From Batkoa obscura (Eukaryota), in assembly GCA_030770535.1 (NCBI GenBank), contig JASVEC010000014.1, forward strand, positions 248,001-312,000: a stretch of DNA of 64,000 bases. The letters are read 5' to 3'. The notes under the pieces were generated by a model. It was not told where the DNA came from and did not search any database. It was given only the letters and a program-made list of their open reading frames with translations. Shown piece by piece: positions 1-12,032 of this stretch. Numbering within the stretch: the stretch's first letter is position 1; every line of letters begins with the position of its first letter. The position numbers were made by a program, and so were the translations under genes.

Positions 1-1891
1 TAACTCCAAGTGAATCTAGATTATTTTCAAATAAACACGACGATTCAACCGATATTAATATTATCTCTTTTATCAAAGAAATAAACTCAATTATACCGAA
101 AATACATTTTTAAATTCGAGTTTTTCAACTTATCTTTTTTTTTGAAAAAGGCCTAGATCAATCTTTTAGCTTAAATGTTGCGCTCGGTAACTATTAGCTA
201 TTTTTGGTAATTAAAATGAAATTTACATTTCCTTAGAACTAGCAAAGGTTAACTGTTAAATATTGAAAATCAAACAACACAACTTGATGTTATTAAAAGT
301 TGAGGTGTATTTAGGATAATGAATAATATTTCTGCTTTAAAACTAAGGGATAATACACAAAAACCGGGAATTCTAGGTTTATGATATAAAGCTAGTGGAT
401 AAAGAGTGTTGATTTAAAGAAGATTAAAAATGTTCAAGTCTATTGATAAAGGAAAGCACCATTTTAGACAAAGGAATTTGTGGTAATTATGGCTAAACAT
501 TCCATTTAGTTAACTTACATTAGGTTTACCTCATTTTTTAATAAAAAGATGTTGTGTGTAATATAAAACTAGGTAACATTTCTCAAAAAAAGATATCAAT
601 TGATTAAAAAGTAAAGCAGAATTTTGTTTTAAGCCTAAATACTAAAGGTCGGATATCTCTCCTTTATCTTTTTATATACTATATGATATAAACTAGTTCT
701 AATAGTATTGAGCCATATTTAACCGAAGTTATATATTTTGATTATTAATATTTTTTCAAAAACTTTTTATGAAATAAAATATTTACCTTGATTTTTAAGT
801 TTCGCCAATTTTAATATTCCTTTTTTAAATGCCTAAAACTGTTGCCATTGTTTTTAGCATTTAAAACGCATTGCTTGTACGCGTAATCAAGTTTAACAGT
901 CAAATGTATGAAACTAAATATAATGTTTAGTTAATATTGTTTTAAAAAATAAGTTTCCATTTAATATAAAAGAAAATTAGCAACAAAACTGAAATATTAA
1001 TAAAATTTAGTTTATTAACTAAGTTTGAAGTTTATAACTTTTCTTTTTACCCGAAGAACAAATATTATTAATAAAAATAAAATAAAATTAAACACTTGAT
1101 TTACCCTTTTAATAAACTAGGTAATTTAACCTATTAATTATACCTTTTTAGAGTTTTAATAAACTAAATTTTTTATCAATAGTTTACAAATCTACAATTT
1201 ACCAACAGTCAAATGTTTCAATCTTAAACCTACAGTTAATGTTTAAATAGTAATTTAGTTGAAAATTTAAAATCTTATTAGCATATACAGCATAAACTAG
1301 TGTCAACCGTCAAGTAACTGAAATCTAATAGTCTTAGTTTAAAATCAATGAAAGCGGTAACTTGGGTGAACATCTTAAAAAAGTATTATGGGTAATTACT
1401 CTCCATGCCCAGTTTAAAAATTCTTAATTTAGACATCAATTCTCTTTTGTACGTCAAAATGCTTAAATTGTTAGACGAAAATTTCAAATTCTACTGTTAT
1501 CAAAATCACACGTTTAATCAATTTTTCTAGTAGCTGGGTAAATTTTAGGTATTAGAAAATAAATGCTGAGGAGTATAAGCCAAAATGGATAATTAAAACA
1601 GGTAAATTAGGGAGAAAAAAAAATATAGAATTAGTGATATTAATATTTTTTTTATTCCTAAACCTTTTACTTCTTTTCTATTTAATACTCTTTTTTCATT
1701 TCCTTCCTTTTAACCAATACTTTACAATATCAACTATCGACACAGTTTATTTTATGTACAATATTACTATTTAAATATAGCTTAACGATCATACATTCGA
1801 ACAAATCAATATTTATACAACCCAAATATTCAATATCAATATTATATTACAACAAGAGCTCCAACAGCAACAAACAATAAGGTGTCAATCA

Positions 1892-3510
1892 ATGATGTCT
1901 GGTTCAGGGTATCCAATTTTGAGTCAACCCAAGTTTTATTCAGAAGATGTATCGACTGAAGAAATGAAAGCAGAAAGTGACTATTTTCAGAATATTTTAA
2001 GTAAACAAGACAATTCAATGATGCCATTAACAGAAGAAATGCTTACTAACTATAGCTTAATACAAACTACCAATATCAACCCTCCTTTGTTCAGCACGCA
2101 GTCACCCTATTTAGACATGAGTAGTTTTAATCCTAGTATGGCTAACATTGGTTTAAATAATCAAACTTTTTCCTATCCACCAAACTTTAATAATGAATTT
2201 AATACTACTAATGCTACTAATTTTAATTATTACAATCCATCAAGTGATCCTATATTAAATACCAACAGTTCATTAAATAGTTCCGATCAAAACCAATTTA
2301 TTAATCAAAACAAAAGTAAATATATAATACTCATTATCAAAATAAGATACTAATATAACAACGAAATATTCTTTAGGACATAGTGGAAATGAATTATTAA
2401 CTTCAATACAAGGTCCTTCTTTATTTTATCAAGGAACTAATTTACTACAAGAGAATAATAATAACTCAAATTTATCGTATCAACAATTTCAACAATTTCC
2501 AATGAATTTGTCCTTTCATCCAAGTTTTATCACTGTACTTCTTTTACTACTATACAAAATAATTGAATATTAAACATATTTCTTTTAGGATACATCTAGT
2601 ATAAACAACTCAGGCTATTTCCATTCGAATGATGGTATGAATTTACAATCAACTCAAAAGGCGTATAGTGGTTTTTTATTATTTTGCAATGAACGACGTC
2701 CTGAGTTATTGAATATCAATCAAGAGTTAACGGAAAGTATGCAAAACAAGCTATTAAATCAAGAATGGGCTTCAATGAGTGAAGTAAATTTTAATGTTCT
2801 ATATAAACCAAACAATTGTTACTAACATCTTCCTAATATAGATCCAAAAGATAGCTTATTTCGAACGAGCTCGTAATTACAACCAACAAAACTATAAAAG
2901 TTTATCCAGCCCTGCCAGTTATTCCCAACCAATTCAACCCTTAAAACCACCAAAGGGAAAGGATGGCCCAAAACGACCAATGAATGCCTATCTCTTATTT
3001 AATAAAGAAAATCGTCCAAAACTCTTGAAAGCAAACCCGAATGCTAGTACTCCAGAGGTGAGTCGAGCTATAGGTGATAAATGGAAGAGTCTCTCCTTAG
3101 AAGAAAAACAAGTTTACATTGATCAAGCACTCGAATTACGTACTCAATTTTTCAGTGATAACCCAGGCTATGTATTTACAAGACAAAGTAAATCATCAAT
3201 TAAAGCAAGTCTGCTGAATCCTACTGGTATGAGTCAACGAGGTAGACGGAAGCGGGATCGAAATTCAGATGCGCCAAAACATCCCATGTCGGCTTTTTTA
3301 TTTTATTTAGTTGAAAAACGATCGGAAGTCGCTGAAAAACATAGTGGTAATCCTATAGGTCCTATTTCAAGAATTATCTCTCAAAGGTGGAATAAGCTGT
3401 CGGATGAGGAAAAGAAACCGTGGGTTATGAAGGCGGAAGAGGATAAAAGACGCTATGCGACAGAGTTAAAAGCATTTCAAATTGCTACAAGTAAACCAAG
3501 GACGCCTTAA
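1892..3510 (+). CDS. Triple HMG-box transcription factor (about 4 exons; start uncertain, the frame is open back to 1781)
   Basis: Spliced product has an N/Q/S-rich N-terminus, then three HMG boxes: KAYSGFLLFCNERRPELL..EWASMSE|IQKIAYFERA, PKRPMNAYLLFNKENRPKL..KWKSLSLEEKQVY..NPGYVF and PKHPMSAFLFYLVEKRSEV..RWNKLSDEEKKPW. GT-AG introns near 2316-2376, ~2525-2588 and 2784-2841. Confidence 0.85.
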
Positions 3511-3934
3511 GTTTCTTCTTCCTTTGTTTTTTATAGTTGTTATTTGTAACTTGACTGGTGCTCTTATCTCTTTTTTAAAAAAACATAAATATTGCTGGTG
3601 AATAAATCATTATTAATTTAAAAATAAAAAAACAATGTATTTTTTAGAAGTTTTTTAAATTTTGCTTTGTTTACTATGTCATTGGTTTTGTTACAAATGT
3701 CTAAATCTCAATTTTAAAAATTTATGGCTCATAATAATTTCTAATCATCATTTTAGTTTAACCTAATTTAAAATCTGCAACAATCCAAAAGAAATGGACA
3801 TTTTCTAAATTGAGCCAATCATTAATTGCAAAAATTAACAATTTGTACGTCATCTTAGAGAAAACTTAAGTTTAAGCACAATTCACTTGTACTTATATTT
3901 TTATAAAGTTGAAATTTTTAAATCAAGAATCAAG

Positions 3935-5888
3935 ATGACTGCCGATATAATTTCAGATACCCCTATTGAAGTTGAATCCAAACCAGAAGTAAAAGAAAAA
4001 AATTTATTGGATGGTAAAATTTACTCTTTTAATCCCATATTTGATTTTTTATTAATGTAATTTCTATTCTTTCTACAGATATCAAATCAGCTCTTCAATT
4101 ATTAGAAAAAGGAGTCAACAGTGTAGAAACCCGTTTTATTTCACGAGCATTAAGGGGAATACCAACTATCAGAAAAGAATTGAATAAAGAGTTGCTTGCT
4201 AATTCTATTGTAAAATTTTTCCCAGAAGGTAACTATTAATATAATTCCAAAAAAAAGTAGTATTAATTCTTCATTAGATAACTTACGTGGAACTACATTA
4301 TTAAACTTACTCGATAGTAAACGTGAAGGAAATGGTGGGGAAAATACTCACTCTACTATTCTTCCAGAAGCTGAGTTATATTTAAGTTTATTAGTACAAT
4401 TGTTTTTATTAGATAATCAACAGATTGAAAAAGTAAATTCTTATAAATCTCAATTATAATATATCTAATTAATACTTTTTTAAATAAAGTGTACTTATCT
4501 TTCAGATGAATTGGTGAAACACATCCAAGTATTAAATCGTCGTAGCTGTGATAAATTAGCTGCCAAAATTTATTTTTATTTTGCTCAGGTTTATGAAAAG
4601 CAAGGCAAACTAGAAAGTATTCGATCGTAAGTTTATTTTATTCTATTTTATTTAAACAATAAAACTAATATTATTTTACCTCCAGAGTATTATTGGCTGC
4701 CCAACGTTCATCCTCTTTACGCTTAGATGATGAATCTCAAGCAACCATTATTAATATTTTAATACGTAGTTATTTTTTTAGTAATTTATATGATCAAGCG
4801 GATAAATTAATCAGCAAAACTACTTTTCCAGAAGATGTAAGTAACAATCAATATATCCGTTATATGTATTATGTTGGTCGTATTAAAGCATTGCAATTGG
4901 ATTATACTTCGGCTTATCAACATTTATTACAAGCAGTACGTAAAGCACCTCATAATGCACCAGCAGCTGGCTTTTTACAAACAGCTTATAAACTGTATTT
5001 GATTATTCAATTATTAATGGGTGAATTACCAGATCGAGAAATGTTTCAAATTCCATATTTGAAAAAGAGTTTGTTACCTTATCTTGAAATTACACAAGCA
5101 GTTCGAATTGGTGATTTGACTAAATTTCAAGAGGCCTTAACTAAATACTCTAATATCTATCAAAAAGATAAAAATTATAATTTAATATTAAGATTAAGAC
5201 ACAATGTTATTAAAACTGGTATTCGAATGATTTCTTTAAGTTATTCGAAAATTTCCTTAAGAGATATTTGCTTTAAATTACAATTGGATTCCGAACAAGA
5301 TGCTGAATATATTGTAGCTAAGGTAAAATAATAGCTCAAACTGTTTTAGTATTATATATTAATAATTGTATTGCTATTTTCAGTCTATTAGAGATGGTGT
5401 TATTGATGCAGTTATTAACCACGAAGAAGGTTATGTTGAATCAAAGGTAAACTCAAAATGATAGTTATATTGCAGATATTAATATTAATAATATTTTTAA
5501 ATAGGAAAATGTAGATGTTTATTCTAGCAGTGAACCAATGAATGCCTTCCATCAACGTATTTCTTTCTGTTTAAATTTACATAATGAATCTGTTAAGGTA
5601 AGTAAATTAATATTAACTTGTATTATATATTATATATTATATATTATATATTATATATTATATATTATATAATATAATAATAATAAGATAATACCTTAAT
5701 ACCTTAATAATGATGTCAAACTAATGCTTTTATTTATTTTACAATTAATATAGGCAATGAGATTCCCAGATAATTTTTATAATCCAGAAATTGATTCATT
5801 TGAAAATCTTTATGATCGTGATAGGGATTATTTTAAAGATATTGTAGATGATGATTTAGGTGATGAAGATAGTAATATGGAATTTTAA
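3935..5888 (+). CDS. RPN3: 26S proteasome lid subunit Rpn3/PSMD3 (multi-exon)
   Basis: Motifs [83 protein letters not shown] at 3935, TAA at 5886-5888. Confidence 0.95.
5621..5670. repeat. (TTATATA)n heptamer microsatellite in an RPN3 intron
   Basis: About 7 tandem units read directly from the sequence. Confidence 0.85.
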
Positions 5889-6112
5889 AAAATAAATAAA
5901 TATTGATTTTTTTATTATGCTTTTTATACTATATTATCTTATGAATATTTTTACTAATGAAAAAGAATTAAATGCAATGTCTTATTTTGTTTAAATTTAC
6001 TAATGATTTTTCCGCTTATAATACAGTGCTTGAAAAAAAGAAAAATGACAAAACTAAAAAGACACTTCCAAACGTTGATTTGAATTGAAAAAGATAAGTT
6101 TTTTTTTTAAAA

Positions 6113-7000
6113 ATGATAAAAATTGGCGCTAAACTACAATTATTTGCGAAATCCTTACCACTAAGTTTAAAATTTAAACTTAATTATTCAACAGCAGGCA
6201 CTACAACTACTATTGTTAAACCCACTAATATTACTGCCAATGGTAAGTTACAGGTATTAAAACATAGAATATGATATACTAACAATCTTTTTACTCAGTT
6301 GAAAAATTTTCATTACTTGATTGGCGTGTGGGCGAAATCATTGAAGTCAAAGAACATCCAGAAGCAACTCAATTATATATAGAAAAAGTGAATATAGGCT
6401 TATCCGAACCAATAACATTAATATCTGGATTAAAAGGGTATTACAAAATGGAAGAGTTATTGGTAGCTAAATAATAGAGTATTTAATCAAGTATATTAAT
6501 TTATTATTGTTATTAATAGAATCGTAAAGTAATTGTTTTCTGTAATTTAAAACCAGCAAAGTAAGTTCTTTATTTTATATTTATATTTATATTTATTTAT
6601 TTTTAATATTAAATAATAAAGAATGCGAGGTATCTTATCTAGTGGTATGCTATTAGCTATAGTACAAAAAAAAGAAGATGGATTTTTAGTAGAGTTAATT
6701 CAACCTAATGAAAACGTAGAAGTTGGAACTAAAGTTACATTACAAGAAGAAGCTTTAGATAAGGGTAAATAATATTATCATAATTTAATTTATTTTTATA
6801 TAATTATAGATGAATCTATTGAAAATGAATTACTGCCTTTAATTAATAACAAAAAATGGAATAAAATACAAAATAGATTTGAAATGAAAAATGGTAATAT
6901 TATTTACAAATCAGAAATAAATAATGAAAAGGAATATCAATTGTTTACAAAGAATTATTCATTAATGGGAAATACATTAAAATCGGGAGTTATTGGTTAA
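6113..7000 (+). CDS. Stand-alone tRNA-binding OB-fold protein (Arc1-C/EMAP-II/Trbp111 family) with a presequence-like N-terminus
   Basis: Spliced product: LDWRVGEIIEVKEHPEATQLYIEKVNIG..LISGL..NRKVIVFCNLKPAK|MRGILSSGMLL..ELIQP..VGTKV. It is absent from the ORF track because the exons are short. Confidence 0.85.
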
Positions 7001-7160
7001 ATCATATAACACATTTAACATAGAAATAAAACAAATTAAATAAATAAATTACTTTATTTTTTAAATCATTTTAGAATTTTAATCTTTTTTTTAAGCATTA
7101 TTAAAATTAAGTTGACTCAGCTTAAAGTTCATTGTTTTTATTGATTTAAACTTTCAAAAA

Positions 7161-8422
7161 ATGAGTTTAGCAACAGCAACGTTTAATGAAATCTTAGATG
7201 ATTTATCATGGTAATAATTGTCTCCTTTTTATATATCAATATAATAATCTAATTTTATAGTCGTTTTATTATTAATATACCAGCTGAAGAAAGTTTAACA
7301 GTTGAACGTTTAGGATTTCAAATTGAAGAAGCCCATTGGTTTTATGAAGATTTTATAAGAGAATTAAATCCCAGTTTACCCAATTTCACTTTAAAAAACT
7401 TTTCTAATAAATTATTTACTCATTGTCCACTATTAAAGAAATGGTCTTCAGGACATGATCAACATTATGGCAATTTTTTAGACTATAAATTAACGGTACC
7501 AGTGTGTGGTGCTATTGTCTTAAATAGGGAATTGAATGAGGTAAATAGAAGAGAAGAAAGTGAAATGATAGTATAATTGATGTTAATTTTTTTAATAGTG
7601 TGTTTGTGTTAAAGGGTATAGTAATCGTTCTACTTGGGGTTTTCCTAGGGGTAAAATTGATAGCAATGAAGAAGATTATGTTTGTGCAATAAGAGAAGTA
7701 AGTCTCAAGTTTAAAAATAGATTGTCTTTAACTAAATTAAATTAAATTTAACAGCTTAAAGAAGAAATAGGCTTTGATTTAACACCATACATTCAACCTG
7801 AACAATATATTCAAATTTATGTAAGAAAACAACGAATAAAATTATTCATTATACCGTGTATACCAAAACATTTGGAATTTAAACCAAAAACTAGAAAGGA
7901 AATAAGTGTAAGTTAAAGATCAGTTTTAGGTTTAATGAAATTAGATTAAAATGAAACTTATTTTAGCGAATTCAATGGTTTCCTTTATCTTATTTCCCTA
8001 ATTTTACTACCAAAAATGTACCTCAAGATGCTCCAATTCAATCAGAACTTAAATTAGAAGGCCATGGGAGGTTTTATTTAATTAATCCATTTATGAAGTA
8101 AGTTAAATATTATTTGTAATGATTTTGTTAATAGAATTAACTATCTTATTGTAGTCAACTTGCTAAATGGATTGAAAAATACAAACATACACCTCAATAT
8201 AAATTAGATATTCAACGATCTTATACAGTTAAATTAAATTTAGAAGAAGAGGAAGGAGTTAAGAAAGCTTCAAATTTAAAAAATTACAAAGGGGAAGAAA
8301 AAAGATTTGATAATCAAATATTAACTACTTTGGAAGCTAACTATAAGGTGGCGGAAATGAACGATTTTCAATTTGATACCAAATTAATTATGGCTAATTT
8401 AGATTCTATATTGTTTTCTTGA
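7161..8422 (+). CDS. DCP2: mRNA decapping enzyme Dcp2 (Box A + Nudix), short form
   Basis: ILDDLS|xRFIINIPAEE..ERLGFQIEEAHWFYEDF, VPVCGAIVLN, Nudix box WGFPRGKIDSNEEDYVCAIRE|LKEEIG, PKTRKEIS. TGA at 8420-8422. Confidence 0.93.
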
Positions 8423-8615
8423 TAGTTTTCTTTATTAAATGATTTATTATTATTTATAGCCCGACTTTTTTATATTATCATACTTTTGCAATTAAAAAGC
8501 AATTATAAAATAATTAAGGAAATGCAATTGATTTTTTATTTATTTATTTTTTATTTTGATTAGTGAAAGTTAAACTACATTTTTATGTAATTTAAGAAAA
8601 GTTAGATCCCTTTCT

Positions 8616-10812
8616 TTAACCCATTCTGATAATACCAAAACTAATTAATTTACGAATATTAGCAGCAACAGTAGGATTCTTCATATGTCTAAAATAAATT
8701 CATAAATATATTATTCGATAAATGGTAATAAAAACTTACTCTTGAATAGCAGCTGGATTAGATTGCATTTGTTGTAAAATTTGTTGCATTACGGGATCTT
8801 GCATAATACGTTGAACTTCTGGATCTTCAGCTGCTCTTTTCAATGCTTCTTGACGTTCTTCTTCAGTAGCCGGGCCAGATGGTAATGAAGTTAAGGCTTG
8901 ATTGGCTTTATAAATTTGTTGTTCAATTTCATTAGTATGTTTTCCATCAACATCATGTTGTTTAGCTTCCTCGCAAATTTCAATACATTTGCTATAGTCT
9001 TTCTTTAAAAACTCAATCGTGGCTTTACGTATGTAGGCCTTAACTATAGTTTATGTTAATATTATATTCCCAGTACTAAATTAAAAAAATTACCAAAAGT
9101 TGGATCTAATGCGATACAAGTATCACAATCTTTGATAGCTTCATGGAAAGCCATTAATTTAGTATAACAAGCTGCACGATTAGAATAACATCTTGGATCT
9201 TTTTCATCTCTCTTAATAGCTTCAGTGTAATGTTTAACAGCTTCTACAAAGTTGCTCTTTTTGAAGTATTCATTTCCTTTTTCTCTTGCTTGATTAGCTA
9301 ATTCTGGGTTATAGTAAGCTTCCTTTTCTCTAAGTACCTTGGCCTTTTCAGCCTAAAAATAAATCTGTTAGTTCAATCTGCTCATTAAGATATTAATTCT
9401 AATTACTTCTTTAAGTTTGGTAAGAATATCAGCAGTACGATGCTCAGTAAGTGATTTATTGAAATATTTGATGGCGTTATCTAAATCGTTCTTTTTTAGA
9501 TAAGCATTACCGATACGACCGAAAACCCTAACAAATGTTAAATAAACAATGTTAAAATTTAGCTTATCAACTTACTTTGCAATCAATTTAAAGTCAGCAC
9601 GATGCTCACGTCCGGTTTCAACTGCTTCTTCACATACTTTGATACATTCATCATATTCTCCCATTTCAAATAAAACAGCTATAAAATGTTATTCACTTAT
9701 TTCATGTTTCTATAATAAGCTTACCAGTTTTATTAGTAAGGATAGTAATATTAGTATTATCAAGTTCAAAAGCGTTGTTAAAATGGGTTAAAGCTTGAGC
9801 AAAATCGCGTTTTTTATAAGCTTGGGATCCAAGATCTTTTTCTTTAAGGGCTTCATTCTTTTTGATATCTTCTTCAGTTAATTCTTTAACTTCTTCAACG
9901 ACTGGTTCTGGCTCTGGTTGCTTTTTTGGCTCTTCTTTTGGAGCAGATGGTCTTGGTGCTTCACCTGCTTGGCCAGCTGCTGATGGTGGCATGAATGGGT
10001 TATTAGCGCCTCCACCAGCCATCATAGCATCCATACCCATCAAGCAAAACATGGTATTCATAATACGAGTATCATCCATATATCTGATAAGTTATAAATT
10101 AATATCAAATTATTTAAATATATTATAAAGTAGTTATTATAATAAGTAAACTTACTGGGATAAAGATTTAGGATCTTGTTGGATAGCAGAAATCTTATTT
10201 TTATAATCTTGGTCATTTAAAAAGTGGGAAATTTTTGGATTGGCTTGAATTTTTCCAATTACATCTCCTTGGAAGATGTTGGCTAAACCATTGAGGCCTA
10301 ATTTTAAATGTTAGTTTTTATTTTACAAATAATATCACTTTATTTTACCTTTAGCTGAAGCAGCTTCTTCAACTTGACGTAACCCGGCCTCAAGTGTTTT
10401 GTTTCCAGGCTCAACCTTTAACCCTTCTTCATAAGTTCTAATTGAGTTATCAAAGTCACCTATTCCATGGTAGGCAGCCGCTTTACGACTATAACCCTGA
10501 AATAATTAATATTCCTACTACATTATTCCTTCAAAAAATGCTTACCTTAGCCCAATCAGGCTTTAACTCAACAGCTTTAGTACCATCTTCTAAAGCAGCT
10601 TGATAGTTCTTTAAAGAAGAATAAGAAGCTGAACGGTTAGAATAGAGTACATGATTATTTGGATCTTTTTCAATAGCTTGTGTAAAATATTTAATTGCTG
10701 TTTCATGATCTCCAGCTACAAATGCTTTGTTTCCTAATGCTTTTAGTTCTTCAGCCTATTGAATTTCTTTCATTAGTTATGTTTGACGTTTATTAGAGCG
10801 ACTCATTACCAT
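8616..10812 (-). CDS. STI1: Hsp70/Hsp90 organising co-chaperone Sti1/HOP (TPR + DP domains, multi-exon)
   Basis: [101 protein letters not shown], ending [10 protein letters not shown]. The first coding exon is only the ATG. Confidence 0.95.
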
Positions 10813-11160
10813 TCTTGTTATTTAAAATCGTCAAATTTATTTTTTTTGCTTACTCTTCCTCAACTTTTATACATTTTGATAAAATTACTTTGGCCAATTA
10901 AATTCGTTATCAAATTGGGCAATTTAGATAGCTACCAAAGTAACAGTAATAACCTAATGAATTTAAATTGTATCGTGTAATAAGCTACAACATAAATTTA
11001 ATAAATATTTATTTAGAGTTTTACAAAAAAAATATAAGGATGATAGTAATTTAATATTATTTGTTAATATTCAGGATATGAAAGTACATGATACTTAACC
11101 TGCTAAAGTTTTCTTAGATTATTGCCCATTTGTTTTTTTGGAGTTTGACATCAATGGTTT

Positions 11161-11175
11161 AGAAGCATCTAGAAA
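11161..11175. promoter_or_regulatory. Possible imperfect heat-shock element upstream of STI1
   Basis: AGAAGCATCTAGAA is one mismatch from nGAAnnTTCnnGAA and lies about 350 bp upstream of a heat-shock co-chaperone. Weak evidence in such AT-rich DNA. Confidence 0.25.
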
Positions 11176-12032
11176 TAAAATTATTTTTTCGAATTTGTGT
11201 CTTGATTTAAATTTTATTTATAATAAAAACTATTTTTATAGAACTTATACCTTATAATTTTCAAATCTAAAATATATTATTTAAAAATACAACATTAAAT
11301 TATGAAAACCTATTTCCTTATTTTAACGATAGTAAATTTACAAACCTCATTAATAATTTCAATACTTCGTGTTTTTTCAGTTTTTTAAATTACGAGATAT
11401 TGCATAATCAAAGAAAATATTTCAAAGTTTTCAAAGCAAAAATAGCTAAAAATTTGATTACCGTTTTGTAATATGGAAATATTATACAAATAGTACAATG
11501 AAATCTTTTTGAAGTTTAGAAATATCAATCTTCATAAATGAAAATACTAAAAGAAAATATAAACCTGTTAATGTTGTCTTGCAAGTTTTTTAAAGGTTCA
11601 GTCCCTTTTAGGCAAAGGCTTTAATTAAAAATATCAATAAAGATACTTAAACTATTGATACAAAGGTTTATAAAATTGATGGTGTTTATAAGGCTTTTAG
11701 TAAAAACAGTAGTTTTTCATACGATATATTACTATCTTCCACTAGTTAACGTGTGTTAAAATAGATTTTAATTAATTCTGTTAGTTTAATTATTATAATG
11801 ATAAACGTTGGTTATTAAACTTCCAGCCTTAACAAAGCCAATTAAAACTTACTTAACTAATTTACTATTTAAATAACCAACAAAGCATCTAACGATGACG
11901 TCGACTTGTCCCAACATTTGAGGCAATAATTGATTAATAAATGATGATTGGTTATAAAAGGCAACTGTAAAAAGAGCATTAAAATAAAAATAAAATGAAA
12001 TTGAACCATTAATACAATTTATTTAATTGACA

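Noticed and set aside
895..1216. 13-mer direct repeat AACAGTCAAATGT (895 and 1204) upstream of the HMG gene
   Set aside because: Only two copies with weak flanking similarity; cannot be told apart from chance or an old micro-duplication.
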